The notes: generated by a model from the letters alone, not told the origin. Counted from the first letter of the stretch, positions 1-8,899 are shown. The stretch is 32,000 bases of DNA from Candidatus Saccharimonas aalborgensis (GCF_000392435.1 NC_021219.1:630001-662000); one strand, 5' to 3'. Translations and numbers: made by a program.

Positions 1-738
1 AAAAAGCCAATCATTGATACTATCCTGGCGAATCATCGTACCGAAAACCTTGATAGGATCGTCGACGCACTTTCTGATTCTGACGGATCGATACTGGCGC
101 TTGAAGCTGCTGGCGAAACGAAGGCAGAACGCGCTTGCATTGAGCGAGCACTCAATGCTTTTGTGGCGGGTAACCCCTGTCAAGAGGACATGGAGTTTCT
201 GATAGAGATAGGCGACGGCCTATTCGATCGAGTTGCGACGCGTTTTGAGGGTACAGGAAAAAAGCTTTACCTTGTTGATGCCTCCTGCGAGGACAGGGTG
301 TTTCGCTATATTCATCGCTCCGATCAACAGTTTGATTCGCTTGAAACCCTAATAAATAGGGACGCGGATATTGATCTCCTGAGGCATGTGATGCGATGCC
401 TGGTGGTAGTGGATGCGAGAGCAGTTGCACTGAGAGACCGCCTAGTGGCGCGCCAGGTGCGACAAATTATGCAGATATATCCTGGTGAAAAGATAACGCT
501 CTTTCAGGGTGCACTTCATAGCCGAGTGAGCCATGAACTTGCGCGGACCGCCAGTGTCTCACGGCTATTTGTACCGTCATTAGCGGAGGAGACAACGTAT
601 CATCCTCAAGTAAAGATGAGCTATGAAGGTTACGACCATGCATTGCGACAGCAACTTTTTCTCGGTAGTATAGCTGATGATGTGATTGACGAGTCATTAC
701 TTCAATTTATGCTCCTCTACGAACAGATACGGCCGTAA
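1..738 (+). CDS. hypothetical protein, 5' end lies outside the window
   Basis: Frame 1 is open from base 1 to the TAA at 736-738, so the track start at 163 is internal. I recognise no motif. Confidence 0.5.
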   Translation, partial: KKPIIDTILANHRTENLDRIVDALSDSDGSILALEAAGETKAERACIERALNAFVAGNPCQEDMEFLIEIGDGLFDRVATRFEGTGKKLYLVDASCEDRVFRYIHRSDQQFDSLETLINRDADIDLLRHVMRCLVVVDARAVALRDRLVARQVRQIMQIYPGEKITLFQGALHSRVSHELARTASVSRLFVPSLAEETTYHPQVKMSYEGYDHALRQQLFLGSIADDVIDESLLQFMLLYEQIRP

Positions 739-741
739 TGG

Positions 742-770
742 TTGCATTTCGTAAAAAATTGTGCTATACT
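742..770 (+). promoter_or_regulatory. sigma70-type promoter upstream of RNase J
   Basis: TTGCAT (742-747), 17-nt spacer ending in TGC, then TATACT (765-770). This is an extended -10 and leaves a leader of about 100 nt. Confidence 0.5.
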
Positions 771-875
771 GCAGGATAATTGTCAGAGGGGTAGCTCGTC
801 TTATCGTCGATACCAACCTCTCACACCTCATTTTGAAATTATTTTATACACAATAACAAGGAGAACAAATAATTT

Positions 876-3005
876 ATGGGTCAACGACGACTCTCAAAAC
901 CGCAGGCAGACGATGCCAGCAAGCGGCCAATGGTTGCTAAACAGAAATCAAATAATACAGTGCTCAACGCCACAACCACCCGCAAGGGCGAGGTGTTTCG
1001 GGCCCAACGACGTACCAGTGACAATGTCAATATGCAGGCGAGCCAGCATATGATCAATGTACCGGTCAACAAATCTATTTATAACGGCTATGGCGGCAAG
1101 CAATTTAGCCTTGTCGACCAGCCAAAACGGCCGCGGGCGCCCCGCCCAACCCTCAAGATCATCCCAATCGGTGGTGTTGGCGAGATGGGTATCGGCAAAA
1201 ACATGACGGCCATTGAGTTCGACAATGATATCATCATTATCGACATGGGCTTTCTGTTTCCGGGTGCTGATTATCCGGGAATCAACTATATTACCCCAGA
1301 TATCACGTGGCTTGAGGAGAACAAACATCGTATTCGTGGCCACGTGTTCACTCATGGACACCTCGATCACATCGGGGCGTTCCGCCACTTGGTGCCAAAG
1401 ATTCCAGCGCCAGTGTATGCCAGCAAGTTTACCCTTGGTATGCTACAGCGTACGATGGAGGAAACGGATGGGGCGTATACGCCTGATTATCGTGAGCTCA
1501 ACCCAGAAGCGCACGATATCGTACAAATCTGTGATTCATTTAGTATCGAACTAGTTCGCGTCAATCACTCGATTCCAGATGCGACTGCTGTGGTGGTGCG
1601 TACGCCTGTCGGAAACATTTTATCGAGTGGCGACTGGCGCATCGAGGAAAACCCGGTTGACGGAAAGAAGTTTGATCTACCTCGGCTGAGCGAAATCCAA
1701 CAAAAAGAAGGCTTTTTGGTTTTTCTGAATGAATCAACCAACTGTGAGAGTGATGGCACACATACCCACGGTGAATTTGATATCCAACACAGCATGGGTG
1801 AGGTGATGGAGAAATGGCCCAATAGCCGCGTCATTATTTCGAGTTTCTCAAGTCAGTTACATCGTATGCAAATGATTCTGGAAGAAGCGCAGCGCCATGG
1901 TCGCAAAGTCGCTTTTGCTGGCTATAGCATGATCCAAAACCTCGAAGTTGCCCTGCGCACTGGCGCAATCAAGGTCCCCAAAGATACTGTCGTAAAGATG
2001 GAAGATATCATCAAGCTTCCTGATGGCAAAGTTACCATTGTTTGTACCGGAAGCCAAGGAGAGTTTAGTGCCGTCCTCAATCGCATGGCGACGGGTGCAC
2101 ACAAGTATATCAAGATAAAAAATAGCGACGTAGTGGTCTTTAGTTCAAACCCCATTCCGGGTAACGAAAAATACGTTGTTCGAACGGTTGACGGGCTGAT
2201 GCGTGAGGGGGGAGAGATCATCCAAAACGGCAAAACACATCTCACCGGAGTTGGCCCGCTTCACCTCAGTGGTCATGGCTACTATGACGACCATGTTCGC
2301 GTTATCCAGGTCGTCAATCCGACGTACTATATTCCAAATCATGGTGAGTTCCATATGCTTGTCCACAATGCCCATCTTGCCGAAAAAGAATGCGGTATAC
2401 CGAGAGAAAATATCTTTGTGTGTGACGCAGGTGACGTGGTTGAGTTCGATCACGAGGGCGCGCGCAAAATCGGTCGCGTACCGGTCGGCGGCGTTATGTA
2501 TGATGATGCGGGAGAAGTCGTCAGCGAGGTGGTGCTGAAGGATCGTATCCACATGAGCCAAGAGGGCATGTTTGTAGTGGTACTAACAGTACAGCGTGGT
2601 ACCGGTCGGTTACTCACCAGCCCCGATATCATCAGTCGTGGATTTATCTATCTGCGTGATAGCGAGGAATTGATGGGGATGATACGAGCCTATCTCAAGC
2701 AAAAGGCGGCGCGTGCTTTTGCTGGCAGATACGATCTCGATGTTATCAAAAAAGAGATTAAGGATGAAGTGACACACATCCTCTACGATCAGACACGTCG
2801 TACTCCGATCGTGATCCCCGTCGTCAATGAAATTGGCGTAGTGAGTAAAAACCAACCACAGCCCCAAGTAAACAGCGGCCAACGGCCAGTGCAAGCTTCT
2901 CGTGCACCATTGCTACGCCCCGCTCGACGTCCGTTTCCGCCCAAGCAACACCCTGATTCAGAGGTGACCGAGCCACACATTCGGGTCGGTGGACACAGCT
3001 ACTAG
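876..3005 (+). CDS. rnj: ribonuclease J (metallo-beta-lactamase / beta-CASP family)
   Basis: Contains IIPIGGVGEMGIGKN and the HxHxDH motif (THGHLDHIG). AAGGAGA RBS at 858-864. Basic, low-complexity N- and C-terminal extensions. Confidence 0.9.
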   Translation: MGQRRLSKPQADDASKRPMVAKQKSNNTVLNATTTRKGEVFRAQRRTSDNVNMQASQHMINVPVNKSIYNGYGGKQFSLVDQPKRPRAPRPTLKIIPIGGVGEMGIGKNMTAIEFDNDIIIIDMGFLFPGADYPGINYITPDITWLEENKHRIRGHVFTHGHLDHIGAFRHLVPKIPAPVYASKFTLGMLQRTMEETDGAYTPDYRELNPEAHDIVQICDSFSIELVRVNHSIPDATAVVVRTPVGNILSSGDWRIEENPVDGKKFDLPRLSEIQQKEGFLVFLNESTNCESDGTHTHGEFDIQHSMGEVMEKWPNSRVIISSFSSQLHRMQMILEEAQRHGRKVAFAGYSMIQNLEVALRTGAIKVPKDTVVKMEDIIKLPDGKVTIVCTGSQGEFSAVLNRMATGAHKYIKIKNSDVVVFSSNPIPGNEKYVVRTVDGLMREGGEIIQNGKTHLTGVGPLHLSGHGYYDDHVRVIQVVNPTYYIPNHGEFHMLVHNAHLAEKECGIPRENIFVCDAGDVVEFDHEGARKIGRVPVGGVMYDDAGEVVSEVVLKDRIHMSQEGMFVVVLTVQRGTGRLLTSPDIISRGFIYLRDSEELMGMIRAYLKQKAARAFAGRYDLDVIKKEIKDEVTHILYDQTRRTPIVIPVVNEIGVVSKNQPQPQVNSGQRPVQASRAPLLRPARRPFPPKQHPDSEVTEPHIRVGGHSY

Positions 3006-3028
3006 ATAATCACACCAGACAGACTAGC

Positions 3029-3057
3029 TTGCATTTTGTAGTAATTTATGCTACAAT
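3029..3057 (+). promoter_or_regulatory. sigma70-type promoter upstream of ftsK
   Basis: TTGCAT (3029-3034), 17-nt spacer ending in TGC, then TACAAT (3052-3057). The spacer matches the rnj promoter at 12 of 17 positions. Confidence 0.5.
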
Positions 3058-3104
3058 GTAACTATACTCATCAGATAGCAAACAGAGTACAATAGATACC
3101 AGTT

Positions 3105-5336
3105 ATGGCAAAAAAATCGACGCGAAATAGGGGAAAAAAGAAACAACCAGATACTCCGCAACATACGTTGCCAACGGGGTTCTGGTCGCAAGTTGTCGCT
3201 GTCTTTTTGATCGCGTTTTCACTACTCCTTATCGTTTCATGGTTTGGCGCCGGCGGGCCGGTATTTAACTGGATACTGGATGCTTCGCTGCGGGTGATTG
3301 GCTACGCCACTTATGTATTGCCGTTTGTCGCTACCTATGTCGCCATACAGGTGTTCCGTGTCGAGGAAAGCCGTGTCCCCAGTGTTCTCAAGTTTGCGTC
3401 GTTGCTCCTGGTTGCCTGGTTTGCGGGATTATTTGGGCTGCTACGCAAAGACGGCGGTCCATCTACAGGCGGCACCGTTGGTGATGGACTTAACTCAGCG
3501 ATGTCGTCACTCGTCAACGCACCGGTGGCAGCGTTTATCTATGTACTACTTATACTAGTTACCAGTCTCTTTATGCTGCGGGTATCTCCCGGAACTCTCA
3601 TCAGGGGTATCTGGCGGCTGATTCGTGGCGACAAAACTGAAGACCAGGCAAATGGCGATATCATGCGTAAAGCAGCTGGGGATGACACAAAGTCTGGCTC
3701 AATGGCTGATTTCAAGCTCAACGCCGGTGTGCCGATGCTTACCCCCGCCGAACAAAAGAAATTATCCAGCCTCAAAAATAGTGTAAAACCTGACAAAGAG
3801 GCCGAAGAAAAAGCTGCCATGCTGGCGGTGAGTGACCCCAACTGGAAGTTTCCAGGTGTGGAATTGCTCGAGAAGAAACAGAGCCCGGCCGATGCCGGAG
3901 ATATCCAGCAAAATGCACATATTATTCAGGATACACTGCGCGAGTTTAGCATTGATGTCGAGATGGAGGGTGCCAACATCGGGCCAAAGGTGACACAGTA
4001 TACGCTTAAACCACCTGCGGGTATCAAGCTGAGTCGTATTACCGCGCTTGAGACAAATATCGCCCTCAACCTTGCGGCGAGTAGTTTGCGCATCGAGGCG
4101 CCGATTCCTGGCCAAAAAGCTGTCGGTATCGAAGTTCCAAATCGCAAAGCTGCCGATGTGCGACTGAGGGGAATCCTCGAGAGTAGTGATTGGAAGCGTG
4201 CGGACGAACCGCTGTCATTCGCGATTGGCAAAGATATATCGGGTGCACCGATGGTGGGTGAACTCAATAAAATGCCACATTTGCTGATTGCCGGTCAAAC
4301 AGGAAGTGGTAAATCTGTTATGATCAACACGCTGCTCTGCAGTCTGCTGTATCGGAGCAGCCCGAGTGATATGAAGCTGATTTTGGTTGACCCAAAGCAA
4401 GTTGAAATGGCTCCCTATGCCGATATTCCGCATCTCCTGACGCCAGTGATTGTGGAGCCGGAAAAAACGATTAGCGCGCTGAAGTGGGCGACAAACGAGA
4501 TGGAGCGTCGCTACACACTTCTTGCTGAGGAAAAAGTGCGAGATATCGCGAGTTATAACGAAAAAGTCAAAAACAAGCACGTCAGTATTGCTGACGAGGA
4601 CGGCAATATGCAGGAAGTCGACAGAGGTACGATGCCGTACATCGTTATTGTTATTGACGAGTTAGCCGATCTGATGATGGTTGCAGCTCGGGATGTTGAG
4701 GCATTGATCGTACGAATCGCGCAAAAAGCTCGTGCCGTCGGTATCCACTTGGTTTTGGCGACACAACGCCCAAGCGTCGACGTTATCACTGGTCTTATCA
4801 AGGCCAATATTCCGGCACGGATTGCATTTACGGTAGCCTCTCAGGTAGATTCTCGCACCATTCTCGACCAGATTGGCGCCGAGAAACTTCTGGGCCAGGG
4901 AGACATGCTGATGAAGACAGCAACCATGCCAAAGCCAAAGCGTGTTCAGGGTGCATGGGTGATGGATAGTGAAGTGCACAAAATAACTGATCACCTGCGG
5001 ATGCAGAGCGCCCCACAGTATAACGATGAGATTATCAGTCAACCGGTCCATCTTAATGGTAAAGGCGGTGTGGTCATGGACTTCGACCATGAGGGCGGTG
5101 ATGATATGTTCAGAGATGCGGTACAGGTTGTTATTCAGAGTCGCAAAGCCAGCACGAGTCTGCTGCAGCGTAAACTACGCGTCGGCTACGCGAGGGCTGC
5201 TCGCATTATCGAGGAAATGGAAGAACAGGGAATCATCGGCCCAGCCGACGGTGCGCGACCACGAGAGGTACTTATTAGCAGCATGGCTGATCTAGACAAT
5301 GATCCCATGGATCCATCACACGACTACGAATCGTAG
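3105..5336 (+). CDS. ftsK: DNA translocase FtsK/SpoIIIE
   Basis: N-terminal TM segments, Walker A GQTGSGKS, Walker B VIVIDELADL, and a C-terminal gamma wHTH (LLQRKLRVGYARAARIIEEME). Confidence 0.9.
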   Translation: MAKKSTRNRGKKKQPDTPQHTLPTGFWSQVVAVFLIAFSLLLIVSWFGAGGPVFNWILDASLRVIGYATYVLPFVATYVAIQVFRVEESRVPSVLKFASLLLVAWFAGLFGLLRKDGGPSTGGTVGDGLNSAMSSLVNAPVAAFIYVLLILVTSLFMLRVSPGTLIRGIWRLIRGDKTEDQANGDIMRKAAGDDTKSGSMADFKLNAGVPMLTPAEQKKLSSLKNSVKPDKEAEEKAAMLAVSDPNWKFPGVELLEKKQSPADAGDIQQNAHIIQDTLREFSIDVEMEGANIGPKVTQYTLKPPAGIKLSRITALETNIALNLAASSLRIEAPIPGQKAVGIEVPNRKAADVRLRGILESSDWKRADEPLSFAIGKDISGAPMVGELNKMPHLLIAGQTGSGKSVMINTLLCSLLYRSSPSDMKLILVDPKQVEMAPYADIPHLLTPVIVEPEKTISALKWATNEMERRYTLLAEEKVRDIASYNEKVKNKHVSIADEDGNMQEVDRGTMPYIVIVIDELADLMMVAARDVEALIVRIAQKARAVGIHLVLATQRPSVDVITGLIKANIPARIAFTVASQVDSRTILDQIGAEKLLGQGDMLMKTATMPKPKRVQGAWVMDSEVHKITDHLRMQSAPQYNDEIISQPVHLNGKGGVVMDFDHEGGDDMFRDAVQVVIQSRKASTSLLQRKLRVGYARAARIIEEMEEQGIIGPADGARPREVLISSMADLDNDPMDPSHDYES

Positions 5337-5344
5337 TGAATTAG

Positions 5345-5373
5345 TTGTTATCCGATAACACTAATGGTAGAAT
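5345..5373 (+). promoter_or_regulatory. promoter of the BNR surface-protein gene
   Basis: TTGTTA (5345-5350), 17-nt spacer ending in TGG, then TAGAAT (5368-5373). Confidence 0.45.
5346..5360. promoter_or_regulatory. 15-bp perfect palindrome, candidate operator
   Basis: TGTTATC-C-GATAACA (7-1-7). It overlaps the -35 box and the promoter spacer. Confidence 0.35.
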
Positions 5374-5437
5374 ATACCTAGTTTGGTGCGAGCAAACAAG
5401 AACAAATAGATTGTTGATAATGGAGGGTAGTTTTGAA

Positions 5438-7048
5438 ATGATACGTGTGGCTAATCCATTTGTTGGTATGTTTATACACACCAAGCGTGTAGGTCAACTC
5501 ATGTTGTTGTGTGTTAGCATTGCTCTTTGTAGCGGCACAGTAGCGTTTGCTACGCCTGATTACTATGTACTACGACAAGCGACGGTTGCGGGTGGCATTA
5601 GTAGTACCTGGGATGGGGTCGCATCAAGCGGTGATGGCACAAAGCTAGCTGTGATTATGTATGACGGCTATATCCACACCTCAACTGACAGCGGTGCGAC
5701 GTGGACTCAACAAGGAAGTTCAGGATCACGTAGCTGGCGCACTATTAGCTCAAGTACTGATGGTGCGAAGCTTGCCGCCGCCGCGTATGGTGGCTATATC
5801 TACACATCAACAGATAGTGGTGTGACTTGGGTAGAACAGACCGCTGCTGGTATGAGAAGTTGGCGCACTCTTGCATCGAGTGCTGACGGCACAAAGCTTA
5901 TCGCTGCTGACTACGGTGGCTATATCTACACTTCAACTGACAGCGGCGCGACGTGGACGGAACATACCGATGCCGGTTCTCAGGTATGGTGGTCCGTTGC
6001 TTCAAATGCGGACGGCACGGTTCTTGGTGCAGCGGCGATTAATGACTATGTTTATATCTCTACTGATGCTGGTGCTACCTGGACGCAGCAAACAGACAAT
6101 GGTCTTAATATGTGGTCATCACTTGCGATGAGTGCTGACGGTAATACAATTACCGCATCGGTCTACCAGGGAGGTATTTTTACCAGTTCAGATCGAGCTG
6201 CAACGTGGGTGAATCGCTCCAGCACTACTGGACCAAAAAACTGGTGGTATGTCACAGTGAACAGTGACGGCACCAAGCAAATAGCACTCGATACTGGTGG
6301 CTATATGTATACCTCAAATGACAGCGGTGCAACCTGGACTCAGCAAACTGCAAACGACATGCGATACTGGAACGCGGCCGCAATGACGAGTGACGGGAGT
6401 AAGGTTATACTCTCTGAGGAGATAGGGAATATTTATCTTGCGGCTACGCAGGGGTCTATTACTACAAATTTTGATATTGGCATGCTACCATCTTCGGGTA
6501 ATGTCCAGAGTACAATCGCCAATACGAAGCTCTCAGTTACTTCGTCAACTTGCTACACTATTGATAGTGGTTCAGTAACCCCCGTGGGGACATTGGGACT
6601 TGTGGTGCCAGATGCAGGGGTCTCTCTACTAGGTGGGGTTGCCTTCTCTATAAATTGTATGGTGCCTGGTGGCGTTGCGCCGTTCACGATCACCATGGGT
6701 AGTTATATACAAGATGAGTCATCACTTCATATTTATAAAAAAAATCCAGTCGATAACAATCTTGTCGATATTACGAGTAGCGTAATCGTAAAGAATGCTG
6801 TTATCAATGGAAAGCCAGTAACAACAGTTGAATACTCTCTCATGGACGGTGGTGCTTTCGATCAAGATGGAGTAAAGAATGGTATTATCGTCGATCCGAT
6901 ATACTTTGGGGTAGCAAGTACGCTTGCTGCTACTGGTGGGAATACTCAGCGTATTCTGATGATTGGCTGCTCTATGGTGTTGCTCGGTGTTATCCTACCC
7001 GCAACCATCTTTTTGTACAGAGGAAGAAGAATCCACGCTGCGAAGTAA
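5438..7048 (+). CDS. secreted BNR/Asp-box repeat (beta-propeller-like) surface protein with a C-terminal LAATG cell-wall sorting signal
   Basis: GGAGGG RBS at 5422-5427, 10 nt before the ATG at 5438 (the track start at 5345 is probably too early). Signal peptide ends in AFA. Six SxDxGxTW-type repeats at about 44-aa spacing. DGGAFDQDGVKNGIIVDP motif. Tail reads LAATG + hydrophobic stretch + RGRRIHAAK. Confidence 0.75.
   Translation: MIRVANPFVGMFIHTKRVGQLMLLCVSIALCSGTVAFATPDYYVLRQATVAGGISSTWDGVASSGDGTKLAVIMYDGYIHTSTDSGATWTQQGSSGSRSWRTISSSTDGAKLAAAAYGGYIYTSTDSGVTWVEQTAAGMRSWRTLASSADGTKLIAADYGGYIYTSTDSGATWTEHTDAGSQVWWSVASNADGTVLGAAAINDYVYISTDAGATWTQQTDNGLNMWSSLAMSADGNTITASVYQGGIFTSSDRAATWVNRSSTTGPKNWWYVTVNSDGTKQIALDTGGYMYTSNDSGATWTQQTANDMRYWNAAAMTSDGSKVILSEEIGNIYLAATQGSITTNFDIGMLPSSGNVQSTIANTKLSVTSSTCYTIDSGSVTPVGTLGLVVPDAGVSLLGGVAFSINCMVPGGVAPFTITMGSYIQDESSLHIYKKNPVDNNLVDITSSVIVKNAVINGKPVTTVEYSLMDGGAFDQDGVKNGIIVDPIYFGVASTLAATGGNTQRILMIGCSMVLLGVILPATIFLYRGRRIHAAK
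6923..7045 (+). other. tripartite sortase sorting signal (LAATG, TM stretch, basic tail)
   Basis: LAATG is encoded at 6923-6937. It is followed by GNTQRI, a 21-aa hydrophobic segment, and RGRRIHAAK. Confidence 0.7.
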
Positions 7049-7079
7049 ACAGGATGATGTTATGAAGCTGGCCGAGAGC

Positions 7080-7931
7080 TTATTCACCTGGATGTGTTGC
7101 GTCCATAAATAGCATATGGGATCTGTTATCTGCAACATATTCACCAAGCAGTGTTACCTGATGATCGCTTTTTTCGATCTGTTTTATCACGTGGTAAAGT
7201 TGCTCACCGGCTGCATCAACATCGATGAAGAACTTATAGTTCCATGGTTTACCAACAATGGGTTGTGACTGGAGTTTAGCGAGATTGATTCCGGCATCGG
7301 CAAACACCTGTAATACCTCGACAAGAGCACCGGGCTTATGACTGGTAGTAATCACCAGTGAGGATTTTGAGGCGTTTGCCTGGGCAGGTGTGGGCTCAAG
7401 GACGAGAAAACGCGTACTGTTGTCTTTGTGGTTTTGGATAGACCGTGCAATGATAGGGAGAGAGTGTAGCCTCGCTGCTTGAGCACCAGCGATCGCTGCC
7501 ATGTGCCGACCCTTTTCTGTTTTGATGAACTCGACCGCTCCTGCGGTATCAAAAAAATCGATCAACTCCGCGTTTGGCAGGTGTTTGGAAAGCCATTTGC
7601 GGCATTGTGCGAGAGCAACCGGGTGTGAGTAGACCTCAGTAATATCAGCTAGGGTAGCACCAGGGTTTACTACCAACATTTGATCGATGGCGAGCTTAAC
7701 CTCGCCAATAATGGGCGCTTCACACTCCTCGATAAGCTGATAGACTTCATTGATACTCCCAAAGATAGTGTTTTCGACTGCAGTGACGAGTGCGTCTGCC
7801 TCATCCGAGCCAAAGGCTTCGAAGGCATCGCGAAAACTAGTACAGGGGATGATTGTCACGCTATCGCCGTACCACTGCTTAGCTACTTGCTCGTGGAAAG
7901 ACCCGGCTTGGCCTTGGATTGCAACGTTCAT
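7080..7931 (-). CDS. pheA: prephenate dehydratase with C-terminal ACT domain
   Basis: Carries PDT-family motifs: VENTIFGSI, SHPVALAQC, NSTRFLVL, and an ACT region (KPGALVEVLQVFADAGINLAKLQSQP, YKFFIDVD). Confidence 0.85.
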   Translation of the reverse strand: MNVAIQGQAGSFHEQVAKQWYGDSVTIIPCTSFRDAFEAFGSDEADALVTAVENTIFGSINEVYQLIEECEAPIIGEVKLAIDQMLVVNPGATLADITEVYSHPVALAQCRKWLSKHLPNAELIDFFDTAGAVEFIKTEKGRHMAAIAGAQAARLHSLPIIARSIQNHKDNSTRFLVLEPTPAQANASKSSLVITTSHKPGALVEVLQVFADAGINLAKLQSQPIVGKPWNYKFFIDVDAAGEQLYHVIKQIEKSDHQVTLLGEYVADNRSHMLFMDATHPGE

Positions 7932-7939
7932 AAGCTCTT

Positions 7940-7947
7940 ATTGTACA
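7940..7947 (-). promoter_or_regulatory. possible -10 element for pheA
   Basis: The minus strand reads TG-TACAAT, then 8 nt, then ATG. No convincing -35 box. Confidence 0.3.
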
Positions 7948-7977
7948 TCAGGTCTAGTGTATGTCGCGAAAATGAGG

Positions 7978-7983
7978 TATAAT
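7978..7983 (+). promoter_or_regulatory. possible -10 element of the rpsF operon
   Basis: Perfect TATAAT 70 nt upstream of the rpsF ATG. The -35 is weak. Confidence 0.35.
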
Positions 7984-8003
7984 AGCACTGTTATTAACCT
8001 AGA

Positions 8004-8023
8004 GTTGTGTGAAACAGCACAAC
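8004..8023 (+). promoter_or_regulatory. hairpin in the rpsF 5' leader
   Basis: GTTGTGT/GCACAAC forms a 7-bp stem (one G-U pair) with the 6-nt loop GAAACA, about 30 nt upstream of the AAGGAGG RBS. Confidence 0.25.
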
Positions 8024-8052
8024 TATCCATACGGATTCCAAAGGAGGTTCCT

Positions 8053-8406
8053 ATGAAGGAATATGAACTTACTGTTCTTATTCATCCTGATCTCGAGGTA
8101 GATCTCGAGGCGCCACTCGCAAAAGTGCGCAAACTCATCAAAGATAATGGCGGATCGGTCACCAGTGAGGATAACTGGGGAAAAAAGCGCCTGGCATATC
8201 GTATAAAAGGCCAGGATTTTGCCGTCTATGTCGCGATGGATGTATCATTGCCTGCAGAAGCACCGCTTAAGATCTCAAATGTTCTCAATATTACTGATGA
8301 AGTGCTCCGCTATTTGTTAGTAAAAGTTGATGTAAAGGGCCGTGCCCTGCTAGCTGAAGCAAAAGCTCGCGCTGGTAGCGACGATCAAGAGAACAACGAA
8401 GAATAA
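8053..8406 (+). CDS. rpsF: 30S ribosomal protein S6
   Basis: AAGGAGG RBS precedes the ATG at 8053. Sequence MKEYELTVLIHPDL...WGKKRLAYRIKG is S6-like. The track start at 7750 is an upstream extension. Confidence 0.9.
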   Translation: MKEYELTVLIHPDLEVDLEAPLAKVRKLIKDNGGSVTSEDNWGKKRLAYRIKGQDFAVYVAMDVSLPAEAPLKISNVLNITDEVLRYLLVKVDVKGRALLAEAKARAGSDDQENNEE

Positions 8407-8434
8407 TTTAAAAAAATAGGTGGAGGAGGGCCAT

Positions 8435-8887
8435 ATGGCAAAGGGGTTCAACAAAGTAATCTTGATGGGCAATCTGACGCGCGATGTCGAAATGCGTACG
8501 ACCACGAGCGGGCAAACTGTTGCTAACTTTAGTTTGGCAGTAAGCCGTAGCTGGAAAGACCAAAACGGTCAAACCCAAGAGCAGACAAGTTTCATCAACT
8601 GTGTTGCATGGGGCAAAGCTGGTGAAATCATCGCACAGTACGTCAAAAAGGGCGACCCGCTGCTTGTCAGTGGCCGACTCGATCAGCGCAGTTATGAAGA
8701 CAAAGACGGTAATAAGCGTCAGGCTGTAGAGGTGAATGTCGAAGACTTTAACTTCATTGGTGGTGGCAATCGCGGAGATGATATGTCATCCGCTACGCCC
8801 GCCAAAAGCTCATCAAGCAAATCGAAGGACGTGGTTATTGAAGATATCGATGACAAACCAATTGATCTAAGCGAAATACCATTTTAA
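8435..8887 (+). CDS. ssb: single-stranded DNA-binding protein
   Basis: GGAGGAGGG RBS. MAKGFNKVILMGNLTRD OB-fold N-terminus. Acidic tail ending DLSEIPF. Confidence 0.9.
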   Translation: MAKGFNKVILMGNLTRDVEMRTTTSGQTVANFSLAVSRSWKDQNGQTQEQTSFINCVAWGKAGEIIAQYVKKGDPLLVSGRLDQRSYEDKDGNKRQAVEVNVEDFNFIGGGNRGDDMSSATPAKSSSSKSKDVVIEDIDDKPIDLSEIPF

Positions 8888-8899
8888 GGAGAATGTAGA

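Noticed and set aside
742-1053. 103-aa ORF starting in the rnj promoter
   Set aside because: It overlaps the promoter and the RNase J start region out of frame. The RNase J frame has the RBS and the homology.
3088-3104. A second TACAAT 11 nt upstream of the ftsK ATG, as another leaderless-type promoter
   Set aside because: It has no TG extension and no -35 box. The upstream TTGCAT-N17-TACAAT promoter at 3029-3057 is much better.
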